Below, one piece after another: positions 50,166-62,200 of a DNA stretch of 64,000 bases (positions within the stretch are counted from its first letter, which is position 1; every line of letters begins with the position of its first letter). Under the pieces are notes generated by a model. The model was not told where the DNA came from and searched no databases. It saw nothing but the letters and a program-made list of their open reading frames with translations. The stretch covers positions 7,874,001 to 7,938,000 of the forward strand of contig JBHGNT010000022.1 in assembly GCA_043228905.1 (NCBI GenBank), read 5' to 3'. A program made the position numbers and the translations under genes. Source of the DNA: Azolla caroliniana (lineage: Eukaryota; Plantae; Polypodiophyta).

Positions 50166-50909
50166 ATGGTGCATATTGGATGGATTGGCAATTAAAGGAT
50201 GGTACAAACATACTATAGGTCAGTACAAATATATTGTGTCATCATGCAGTGACATCATTATCTTGGTTATGACCTAAAACCAAAACAGGTGAGGGATGTA
50301 TGGAAGTCAAATTCAAGCTAGTGGCAATTATTACAAAGTGGTTGGCATTTAGATTTGTCATATCGTGCAAAAGTATTTATATAGAGAATTATGATTTGTG
50401 GGCTCTCATTCGGTTCAAACATAAGGAGACAAGGACTAAGGTCAAGTAGGTGCTTCTTTTGCACCATTCTATTGGAAGATAGTGTACATAGGTTCATTAA
50501 ATGCCCTATAGTTCATATCATTCGGAAGTAATTATCAAAGATTTGGCAAGTTTTATCCAATTGTTATTTGAGGCCTCAACTATGGGTTTTTTCTCAAGAT
50601 GTTCAAAATGGTACAAATGATGAGTTAGATATCTTCTTCCAATTTTTACGATATTGTGAACTACAACATAGTTGGAATATAGATAATGCTTTCATGTTTA
50701 ACTATAGGCATGACTGAAAGTGTATTTGAATATGTTGAAAGTTTTGGATGTTAGAGCATGATCATTTCTAGAAGTGCATATTCAAGTTTTCTAATGGCTT
50801 AGCAAGATGTTCGTTTCCCTAAATAGGTAGAGAAGACTATGAAGTTGTAGCAAGTGGGTTTTACATACAATTAATATAATTGTGTGCTTTTATCAAAGAG
50901 AGAGAGAGA

Positions 50910-51500
50910 GAGATGGTTGTTTTGTCCATATATAGTCTATATAGTCTATAATGATCCATATGGACACTTTTTGGTGATGGAAATCAAGTACTTTGAGGTT
51001 TTGATTTGGTTGGTAAGAATTTATGCACCCAACAATGTTAGACAACGCATTGAGTTGTGTCTTCTATGTATCCAAGGTTATCAGGGGGTTGTGTTGGTTT
51101 GTTAATGAGTGATTTCAATATGTGTATTGATACATCACAATCTACTTCACGGTTCTCATTGATGGATTCTTCTGAACAAGCAAGTTGGGACAGATTAGCA
51201 TCATAGGTTTTGAAGTTGGATACATGGAACTAGTTCCATCAAGATAAGCTTGGGTTTACATTTCAGTCTATGCAATATAAAGAAACATGGAGTAGGTTGG
51301 ACAAAATGTATGTTATGCCTGATGAGTCCTTTTTGCAAGAGATTCCTAATATGTCAATTGTGCAAGAGGTTGTGACATTGGATCCATAGGTTTTGAGTTT
51401 AATAAACATATAGTAGATATGTACAAAACATTGTTTGATAGAGTTCCATTGAGGTTTAATTCTTCTTTATTATTTATTCATTATTTGATGCTTATATGCA
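50910..51500 (+). pseudogene. L1 endonuclease fragment related to the LINE at 23510-24412
   Basis: IYAPNNVRQRIEL, SDFNMC, TFQS.QY.ETWSRLDK and LRFNSS parallel the minus-strand LINE. Confidence 0.75.
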
Positions 51501-52001
51501 ACAAATTTTCGGCATGTTTTCAGACCATGTTAATTTAAAGGAATGGCATGCATGGGGTGTTGGAAGTAGTTGTCTAGATGTGAAACAAAATCAACACTTC
51601 TCCTATGAAGATCTATATTTGATGATGAACAAAGTCATGGCATCCAGACAGCCGCTTCCAACATTTGGTATCAGAGCTCGGTGTTTTTGGTTCTACAACC
51701 GTCTGCCTTCTTTTCATCATCAACATTTCTCTTTAGTATCTCTTGAAGGTCTTCTAACTGATTCCATCTTATAGAACAGACTCTGAGATTCCAATCGGTC
51801 TTAAATCTCCCGTCTGACAACTTTTATATGATCATTCTTCCTAAGAAGAAACACTTGGAAAACTGAATGACCATATAAAAGTTATTAGACGGCCTACTTC
51901 AGGTGTATCTTTCTTGTAGCGACCTTCTTTTATAAGTGTCTGAGAGGGTCTTCCACAATTGAAAGGTAGTCAAATACGATTGCACTGTGAAGTATGTTGA
52001 T

Positions 52002-52314
52002 TGTTGAGAATCAAGCTCAACTTGGTCTAGTGTGTGAACTCACCTTGAGAGTGAAGAGACACTCTGACGGTCAAGAGTCACCATTATGTCACCACTTTGT
52101 ATTCTAGCATTTAGTATGAGTCATAGAATCATATTCTATGACACATAACTTATGAGCTTTCACATTCCCCATGCTCCATGAGGCTTGTAGTTAATGAAGA
52201 GAGAGGGTGACTACATAAAGCACCCTCCTCCCACCTTGTATAATGTTGAGTCTTTCTCCTTTGTTAATATACTTTTACCTTGTGTATTCTCTATGTTTTA
52301 CTCACTCTCTCTCT

Positions 52315-52346
<32 letters not shown>

Positions 52347-55300
52347 TAACTCACATCTCTTCCGCTTCACAAGAATCCATCTCTTGATTCTTTACATGGT
52401 ATCAGAGCGATTTGGTAGCTCGATCTAGCCCATTCGCCTCATCGTGATCGTGTGTTGTGCTCTACGCCGACGACCAAGAACCAGCTCATCGCTATCGTAG
52501 CTTCGCTACATAGCTCGCATTCGAAGAGAGAAGAAGAAGAAGAAGAATCGACATAATGAATACTCAAATGGGGAGCGCTCTCCCTACCGAGAAGTTGGAT
52601 CGAAACAACTTCACATCTTGGGAGTACAAGATGCACCAATACCTTGTCGGACAAGGCTATTGGAGCTACAACAAAGGAGCGCATGAAGACCGACTCGCTG
52701 AAGCGGCTCCCGGATACGCGACATGGGAGCAAGCCGCAAGCCGCGTGATGTATTGTTTGGCGACATGTGTTTACGACCACATGCTTGGTTACATTCGAGA
52801 AGCCAAAACTCCGAAGGAAGTGTGGGAAAATATATGAAAGATTTTCGCTGCCAACACGACCGCGAGGAAGCTCAACTCCGCCAAGAGTTGAACAACATTC
52901 AACGAAGGGACATGTCCATCACGACATACACCTTGAAAATCAAGGAGCTTTGCGACTCGCTCAACTCAATAAGAGTAAGTATAGATGATGATGAGATGGT
53001 GCAAATATGCCTCGGCGACCTCGCACCACAGTTCGGGGCGATGCGAACCGCCGTTCTAGCACGGGAGAAATCTGCCTCCTTCTTCGAGCTCCAATCAATG
53101 CTATTGGTCGAAGAAAACCACGTGTGTACAAGGAGCAATGAGTCGGAAGGCCACATGCTCTACATGCACTCTAATGGAGGAAGAGGACGCAGACGAGTGA
53201 GAGGCCGATTCGGCCAAGGACAAGGTGGACGAGGTCCGAACTACGACATCAGCTCCCAATTTCGGCCGCAAAATGGAAGCCAACGAGGAACCTTCGCAAG
53301 AAGGGGGAGCTTCCACTCCGGCCCAAGCCTTCAAAATGCAACCGAATGCAGATATTGCGGAAAGCTTGGCCACCACGAAGAAGAGTGTTGAAAGAAGATG
53401 CGTGAATCGGCTTCCAAAAGCCGACAACTCACGAATTACGCACACAATTCCGACTACGAAGAGTATAGCGGAATGTATGGGAACAACTCCGACTACGAAG
53501 ATCGTGGTGGAATGTATGCGCACAGCTCCGACCGTGGCGGTATGTTCATGATAAAACATAGAGCAAACTCTATGTCGGTCTCTACCTCAACTAGTTCCTC
53601 CGGTCCGGAAGACGTATGGGTCGTCGATTTCGATGCCTCGAACCACATGACATCGCATCAAGAATGGTTCCGAGAACTTCGAGAGCTAGACTGACCCGGC
53701 TATGTCGAAACCGGAGACGACACTATGCACCCAATTCGGCACATCGGCAATGTTCCGTTCAGAAAAGAAGGTAAGCAAAATTACATTAAAAATGTCTTGC
53801 ATGTACCGAACATTACGAAGAATTTGGTCTCCGTCGGCCAAATTGTAGAGCAAGGGATGCAAGTTCGATTTAATCAAGCCGATTGCTTCATCAAAAAAGA
53901 GGGTCGACTCATTGCACGCGGACGAAGAGAGGGCCGGATGTTCATTCTCGATTCACGCGAGATGAAATCCGCCATGTTCGCGAAAGGCACGAAAGCCGAC
54001 TCCGACATAGAGCTATGGCACAAGCGAATTGGCCACATCAATCTCAACAAACTCAAAGCAATGAAATCGAAAGGAGTTGTCATCGGACTCCTGACATTCA
54101 AAGAGAAGGAGATTGAAGGTGTATGCGAAGCGTGCCAATTTGGCAAGCAACATCGACATCCATTCCTGAAAGAGCGGAATGTGAGCAAAGGCCTACTCGA
54201 TGTAATCCATTCCGACGTATGGGGACCGGCGCAAACGGCTACATTTGGCGGATGCCGATAGTACGTGCTCTTCATCAATGACTTCTCTAGGCACACTTGG
54301 ATTTACCCAATGCGGCAAAAGAGCGAAGTGTTCGGACACTTCCAAAATTTCAAGAATGAAGTCGAGAAAACCATGGGCCGACATGTACGATGCCTTCAAT
54401 CGGATGGCGGCAAGGAGTACTTCTCGGATGATTTCACGACGTATCTCCAAAAGGAAGGAATTCGGCGAGAATTCACTTGCCGACACACTCCGCAAAAATC
54501 GGCACATCCTTGAAGTAGCGCGGGACATGATGAACGAGAAGCATATGCCCAAGTCATATTGGGCCGAAGTTGCAAATACGGCCGTCTACCAAATGAACCG
54601 GTGCACAACATCCGGCGTGTAGGAGGTCAATCTGCACGAAAAATACTTCGGAAAGAAGCCGGACTTATTGCACATCCGCATATTCGGAGCGATAGCGTAT
54701 GTGCACATCCCCGACGAGAAACGTCAAAAACTTGACCCGAAGTCGGAGAAATGTATCCTTGTAGGATACTCATTGGAGCAAAAGGGGTACAAGTGCTACA
54801 ACCCTTCAACCCGAAAATCTCGAGTAAGTCGAGACGTCGTTTTTGACGAGTCCGCATCGTGGTACGCACCAGAGACAACTCTGATTCCGACTCCGCTCGA
54901 TCTGGAATCTGCCAACCAGGAGATCGAGGATGAAGATCACCCTACGTGCATGATCGAAGAAAGTCCAATCACGACCCGACTGAGTGGACCACAAGAGCCG
55001 TTGAGCGATCAAAGCACATCATGGCCTAGCCCGAAGATGGACAAAGGCAAGTCAAAAATGGTGGAATACGAAGACGATCGCTTCAACGACGATGAGTCGA
55101 CTCACTCACTCGACAGTGAGTTCGGCGGTTTCAAGGTACCAATCGGAGCTAAGAAAGCCCTCATCTCTGCAAATGAAAACCTCCGCCGATCCACTTGTGA
55201 AAAGAACCCCGTAAGCCGATTCGGCTACAACCATTATATGGCGTACCATTACGCCTTTATGATGAAGGTAGCAACAGTACGGGAGCCGGAAACCTTTTCC

Positions 55301-57350
55301 GAAGCAGCCAAGGATCCGCGACGGATCGAAGCCATGAACGAGGAGATGCAGGCACTATGCAAGGACGAGACGTGGGATCTCGTTCCCACCTCACCACACA
55401 AAAAGGCGATCGGATGCAAATGGATCTACAAGGTGAAGTATAACGCCGATGGCTCCGTAAACCGCTACAAAGCTCGACTCGTAGCGAAAGGATACACTCA
55501 GACGCATGGCGTCGACTACGAAGAGACCTTTTCCCCAGTGGCAAAGATGACGACGGTGCGGACTGTAATTGCGCTTGCCGCGGCGAAAGGGTGGCACCTC
55601 CATCAAATGGACGTCAAGAACGCCTTTCTACAAGGCAAATTAGAAGAGGAGGTGTACATGATCCAACCACCCGACTTCAACTCAAGCACCCATCCAAAAG
55701 CAGTTTGCTGACTCAAGAAGCCACTCTACGGCCTCAAGCAAGCACTGCGTGCTTGGCATTCGAAGATAACGCAATATCTTCATCAAATCGGCTTCTGTAT
55801 GTCAAAATTGGACAATTCCCTCTACATACGAAGCGATTCCGCAAGTCCGATCGTCATCATTTTATATGTGGATGACCTAGTCATTGGAGGTGAGCATCTC
55901 GTCGAAATCATTAAGGTCAAATCCCTCCTTTCCGACAAGTTCGAGATGGCGGACATGAAGGAGCTCCACTACTTCCTCGGCATCGAGGTAATTCGAACAC
56001 CGACCGGAATCATGATCTCTCAACGGCACTACATCCTCAACTTGCTATACAAGTTCGGCATGGCTGAGTGCAAATCCACGGCAACCCCGCTCGATCGTAA
56101 CCTCAAACTAGATGCGAACTCCGGCACCAAAGCGTGTGAGCCGACTCAGGATCGGCAACTTATCGGGAGTCTCATCTACCTCACGATCACTCGACCCGAT
56201 CTCATTTATCCGGTCGGTCTCCTTAGTCAATTCATGCAAACACCATGTGATACTCACTTGGATTGCGCTAAGCGAGTTCTACGATACGTGAGCGGCACAA
56301 TGGATTGCGGCATCCTCTACAAGACCGCGATGCCAATACGACTCGAGGGGTACATCGACGCCGATTGGGCCGGCTACAAAGCCGATAGAAGATCAACCTC
56401 CGGATTTGTTTTCTCCCTCGGTAGCGGAGCAATATCCTGGAGTAGCAAGAAGCAGCCTACCGTCGCTCTTTCGAGTACGGAGGCGGAATACAGGGGCGCA
56501 ACCATAGCTGCGTGTGAAGCCATATGGCTCAAGAGAATTTTGAAGGATCTGGGCATACCCATCAAGGATCCGACTTCCCTTTACTGCGACAACATGAGCA
56601 ATATCTATCTGGCTCGAAACCCGGTGTTCCACGCATGGACAAAGCACATCGAAGTGCACTACACTTCATCTGAGAGCATGTTTTGGCTGGCGATGTCGAC
56701 CTACAACACATTAGCACCAATCTTCAAACAACCGACATCTTCACTAAAGCCTTAGGAGCTGACAAGCTATGGCAATTCATGACCAATCTCGGATTGACGG
56801 TCCCTGACTTGCCAAGCTTAAGGGGGAGTACTGAAGACACTACGCAATAACGCGTGGATTCCGCAACCACGCAACAAAGCAGCGAAGAGCGGACGCACGC
56901 AAGCCGAAGCACAGACTTCGTAACTACACACAACGCAAGCTGGAGCACGAATTCCGCAACTCCGCATAAAGCGAGCCGACACGGACTCCGGAACGCGAGT
57001 TGAAGCGGATTTCGGATACTGTCTGAAACCGACCCGACTTGAGCTTGAGGGGGCGTGTTGAGAATCAAGCTCAACTTGGTCTAGTGTATGAACTCACCTT
57101 GAGAGTGAAGAGACACTCCGACGGTCAAGAGTCACCATTATGTTACCACTTTGTATTTTAGCATTTAGTATGAGTCATAGAATCATATTCTATGACACAT
57201 AACTTATGAGCTTTCACATTCCCCATGCTCCATGAGGCTTGTAGTTAATAAAGAGAGAGGGTGACTACATAAAGCACCCTCCTCCCACCTTGTATAATGT
57301 TGAGTCTTTCTCCTTTGTTAATATACTTTTACCTTGCGTATTCTCTGTGT

Positions 57351-57392
<42 letters not shown>

Positions 57393-57450
57393 CACACACA
57401 TAACTCACATCTCTTCCACTTCACAAGAATCCATCTCTTGATTCTTTAGA
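52002..57450 (+). mobile_element. Full-length Ty1/copia element I (same lineage as A and C, different LTR body)
   Basis: LTRs 52002-52396 and 57056-57450. TSD TTGAT/TTGAC. PBS 52397-52408; PPT 57044-57055. Confidence 0.95.
52556..56830 (+). pseudogene. Element I gag-pol, disrupted
   Basis: MGSALPTEKLDRNNFTSW, CRYCGKLGHHEEEC, WVVDFDAS, VIHSDVWGP, LQSDGGKEY, ILYVDDL, DADWAG; several stops and frameshifts. Confidence 0.92.
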
Positions 57451-58594
57451 TTGACTTCGACAAGTGCATCGAAATGGTGGTGCAAACAATTCTGTCTAGG
57501 TTCGTCCACTCATTCAGCTTGTATCCTTCTAGAGTGTTTTTAGTCTCGATTTGGTCGATCTAACTCTTGACTATCAGATAGTCTTGCATCTATTCCTTCC
57601 AGAAATTGAAGTTTGATCTGTTGAACTTCCATAGACTCATCTTGGATGAGACGGATGTTGATGTCATTTTACGTCGGCTAAGGAGGCTTTGTCTAGAGTG
57701 GACTACAAACAGTGGCGAGGTGTAGCCGACTGGCTCACCGAATATCATTCTAGTTGGATTCGGACACGAGTCGAATTGGCTTCGATTGTCAATGGGTTCT
57801 GTTTGGACTGGCTACAGCTAATTGACTTTAGCCAAATTGGACCTGAATTTACTAATTTAATTGTTGATTGGATTTCGAATGTAATTTGAGTACTAAACTT
57901 GCTCGGAGTGACTACAACAAGTGGATGGATAGAGGAAATTGGTCTTTCCGAATATCATCTAGACAAATTGAGCATAATCAATTGCCAATCGGATTCTGAT
58001 TGCCGATTTTACAGGCTGATAACAGATTTGTGTACCTTTGTGCCATTTTCTATGTCGATCCTACTTTGGGTGAATACAAGGACGAGAGACAAAGCCAACT
58101 GATCCTCCCGAATTTTGTTTAGTCGAATGAAGCACAAATGGGGGTTGTTCCTAGGATTGAATCTGCTTTGAGTAGTTACAACGAGCAGGTGGGCATGATC
58201 GGATGGTCTGATTGATTGCCATCTAACTTGATGAAGCACGATTTATAGTTGAATCGATGGAAAGACCTAACTTCAAGCGGTTACAATCACGAAGGCAAAG
58301 TACAGTTGGATGGCCTACTTCAGGAGTGATTTAGCTAAGTGAAGTAGGCCATCTGACAACTTTTATATGCCTTTCAACTATCGAAGACACTCTCGGACAC
58401 TTATAAAAGAAGGTCGCCACAAGAAAGATATACCTGATCCGGTGCCTCTACAACCTTCGGATGAAAGAATCTGACTCAGCCTAAGCAACCTTCGGCTCAG
58501 GGGACGACAATTGAAGACGAACTAAAAGCAATGTTGCTAATGAGTAGTCTCCCCCCTTCATGGGAAACTTTCGCCACAACTGTGTCCAATGCAT

Positions 58595-59208
58595 TGTAAG
58601 AACCAAGAATAAAATATAATGTGATGGAAGAAGGATATAAGAGAACATAAGAAGAAAGGAACGAAATGATAAGAGAAGAATGGGTGAATTAAGATAGAAA
58701 GAGAATGGATACAAGATTGGAAATGAGGGCTTAAGATTGGTGTAGATTTGAATTGATTTGAGAAGACATGTATGTCTCTATTTATAGGCTCCCATAGAAT
58801 AGCTTAGAGATTTCTATAATGTTCTAGAATGTTCTAGACCAAGAATATTCTAAGAGTTTTTACAATAGTCAATATATTTAAAAAAGTAGCTTTTATCTTC
58901 TCATATGACAATAACCTATGTTAATGGTTGGGGTTTTCAACTATGTATTATAAGGTCCTAGGTTCAAGTCTAGGTGACGCCATAATGTTTATGTGTTCAT
59001 GACATTATCCCTCTTTCGAGAATGACAAGTGGAAGTCGGCGTTCACAATGTAGAGGGCCGGGTTTGTATGGATAGTTGCGATGGAAGTTGTCGACAAGAG
59101 CTTCACCATAACAAACGTTATCGACAAGTTCCCAATTACGATAAACTAGATAATATAGCTTATTGCACACAATCTTAGAATCAAGAATAACAGCTACCTC
59201 ATATTCGG
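58595..59208 (-). mobile_element. 3' end of Tcn1-like chromovirus J: chromodomain remnant, PPT, 3' LTR (58595-59004)
   Basis: Minus-strand translation PEYEVAVILDSKIVCNKLYYLV..WELVDNV...ALVDNFHRNYPYKPGP; PPT gaaagagggataa directly before TGTCATG. Confidence 0.8.
58917..58971 (+). promoter_or_regulatory. tRNA-like A box / B box module in the J LTR
   Basis: TATGTTAATGG ... AGGTC ... GGTTCAAGTCT, starts 44 nt apart, stem CCTAG/CTAGG, followed by tgacgCCA. Confidence 0.55.
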
Positions 59209-62200
59209 GGACGTACCGGGTTAAGGTAACACGGTGTCGGATACTCGTTCCTTCAGTATCCGACTCAATGTCATGTGGTGGGGTAAAAGCATGCTACGGT
59301 GTACCAACTTTTGGCCAAAAATTTAGTACTAAATTGAGGAAGAAAATAAACATAAAAAATTGAAAATAAAACAATTACTCCAGAAAATAGTGGATTATCA
59401 TCCATTGAATGAGGTTCAAATTCAAATAACAAATTCAATACGAATGTACAAAGATATTATATGTCACAATCGAAGTGTCCCAAGGCCGTATTTAATACAT
59501 TAACTATAACTTCATTCTCCTAGGCAGAGTTGTATAAAAGCAAACCTGGAGAAGGTTTCGAACGTGTCAGTTGGTTAGTCTCTCTTTCTCTCTTTCTCTC
59601 TGTCTCTCTCTCTCTCTTCTGTCTCAAAATTGTCAGTTAGACAGTGGCAGAAAGTTAGAAATCAATTGCATGTATATTACCTATCCTGTTACCGGCCGGC
59701 AAGAAGGCTTAAGGAGGTCCAAACCAGAGTGTGAAATGAATAGTTTATTCGGGAACTGTTGTAATTAGTAGTCTTAAAATATATAGTAACATATGAGAAG
59801 ATGTGGACGGACGGACCAGAATCGGTATGATGATCCGGATCCGGACCGATCCCGAAAAGGTGCCAGTTGGCACCGTTTTGTATTTCGCACCGCAGACCTA
59901 TATAAAGGCCCAGTTACAATGTAATCGAGAGCGGATAATTAATAGAACTTATTGCTTTAATCTTTTAGCATTGATTACCGTTCTGTACTCATTGTTATAT
60001 CTTACACGTGTTCATGATGTGTTGCTAAGTAATCGATTAAGGTCTAATTAAGTGTTGTGTCGTAAGTCATCTTGCCATAACACCCTTTGGTGAAGTGTCT
60101 TGAGTGGACACCCTGTGTTAGGCTATTGTCCGGCCCTAGGATTAACACAGTTTTTGGCGACCACGATTCCTGCACAATCGCAATGAACAGTGGCAGGAAT
60201 GGATGACTAGGCCAACAGACGACTCGGTTACGGAGAGAGCACGAAGACTTGCTGAACGGAGAAGGCGGCGAGAGGCTTTCCAGCAAGCAATAGAAGAAAT
60301 CCGAATGGATTGATCATTTTCCAAAGTGATCCGGAAAGTGGCGGAGGAGTCGCTCCGTTTGCAACAAAACGCCTACCCAGACGAAGGAAGCAGCTTAAGC
60401 GGTCTCCGGGAAGCGGAAACCCTTCTCCAGGCCTTGGCCGGAAGAGACGGCGAATCCGAAGCATTTTCAGCGCTGGAATCGGATTCAGAAGGGGGTTACA
60501 ACGCGCACACGAACTATCGCAGCAGTAACGACACCCCAGGAGGACCAGAGGACCGGAGGACGAGGAGTCGGATACCTTACTGACACCGGAACCAGAGTTG
60601 GCAGACCGGGAACCTCCAGCACTAGACGTGGAGCAACCTCCGGAGACGGAAGAAGACCAGCAAAAACCTCCAACACCGGAAGTCGAGCCGGCAACACCAA
60701 AGGAAGACGGGCAAAGACCTCCAACGCCGACAGAACAGCAGGAAAGACCACCGACACCGCCAGTCTGCGTACCGACACCGGACGACGACATGTCGTTCCA
60801 GTACTCCAAGTATAGGGATGATCCGGACGCAGAGGCTCATGTTCACGCGTTTCAACAAACATGGGAGGCGAACCATGTGTCACAACGGTTAACCGCGGCA
60901 GAAGAGGAATGATCTAAGATAGCCGAATTCGGCGTGACATTGGAAGGACCGGCCACCAGATGGCACCGGATGCAGGATCGCAGCACCATCACCACCTTTG
61001 CGGACCTGAAAGATAAATTCTTGCACTTCTTTCAAAAGGAGGTGGACCAGAGAGAAATGGTGGGCCTATTTTATACCATCCGGCAGGACCCCAGGGAGAG
61101 CATTCCGCAGTTTGTCATCTGGTTTCAACGGATGCAGAGTCAGCTTACCCGCGCACCTCCGGAGGAAGAAACATGGGCTATATTCTTAGCCGCGGTCCAG
61201 GAACCTCTACGAATGGTATGCACGGTCATCAACTTTCGCACAAGCACTGTCGACCAAGTCATCGACCGGGTTAGAGAAATGGAGAAATTGAGCTCTTGGC
61301 TAACAATGGGAGCCCTCCAACGAACGTCACCAATCGATGAGGATCTCCGGTTCCGGCAAGCAATCCAATGCACGACCTGCTTGAATTCCGGACACTAGTC
61401 ACTGGAGTGCACCATGCGGATGCACTGCTTACTCTGTCAATCTACGAGCCACACGATGGACTGGTGCGAATATAACTTATTGAATCGACAAGCACCACCA
61501 GTCCGGCAAATCGAGCCACGTAGCAGTTGAGACGAAGAAGAAGATCGCTGGCGGCGAGAGGAGCGATATCGACCGGCACAGGATGTCCGATACGACAATT
61601 GGCGAGACAACTATGACCGGTACATAAGATATGACAAGTACTGAGATTACGATGGATGGTACAAGCATCACAACCGGGATCACTCCCTCAGGTATCACCA
61701 ACAACGGGAAGATTACGGGAGGTATGACGACCAACCCCGGCAAGGGTACCGCAACAAAAAGAACTTTAATAAAAAACGGAACTTCAAAAACGGGAGCCAT
61801 CGATGTGAACCGGAAAAAGGTGCCTCAAGCAACCAACCGGACCAGAGCCCCGCGGTTACCACAGGCAATGCTGAATCCAGCAATACCTGGAAAGCATATT
61901 GCTATTACTACCGACAAGAAGGACATTGTACTAATCAATGTCTGGCAAAGAGCTATGATAAGCGACCGACAGTAAACATGGTAGTCGCCGAAGTCGCAGA
62001 CCTACAGCAGGTCACCACAAGGTCGAAGGGCAAGGCGACGGAATGGGAGACACAAGAGGCCATCCGAAAACAGGCAACAGAATGGGTGAAAAAGGCAAAT
62101 GAGCGAAACGTAGCAGAACTTGCGCAGCAAAAGGAGAACATCGAAGAGCTCGCCGGCGGCAATCAGTTCGAAAACGCGACATGGCAAGCATTGCAGGAAT

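Larger units (their letters stand above)
51640..58594 (+). mobile_element. Old copia remnant H (LTR end 51663, PBS 51666-51677, long leader, gag fragment ~58250-58594); host of elements I and J
   Basis: ccaaCA-tt-tggtatcagagc; gag-like KTLSDTY..KVATRKIYLIRCLYNLRMKES and EDELKAMLLMSSLPPSWETF. Confidence 0.65.

Noticed and set aside
60228-60883. Long Ser/Gly-rich minus-strand ORFs
   Set aside because: Antisense shadows of the Pro/Glu-rich gag N-terminus of element K.
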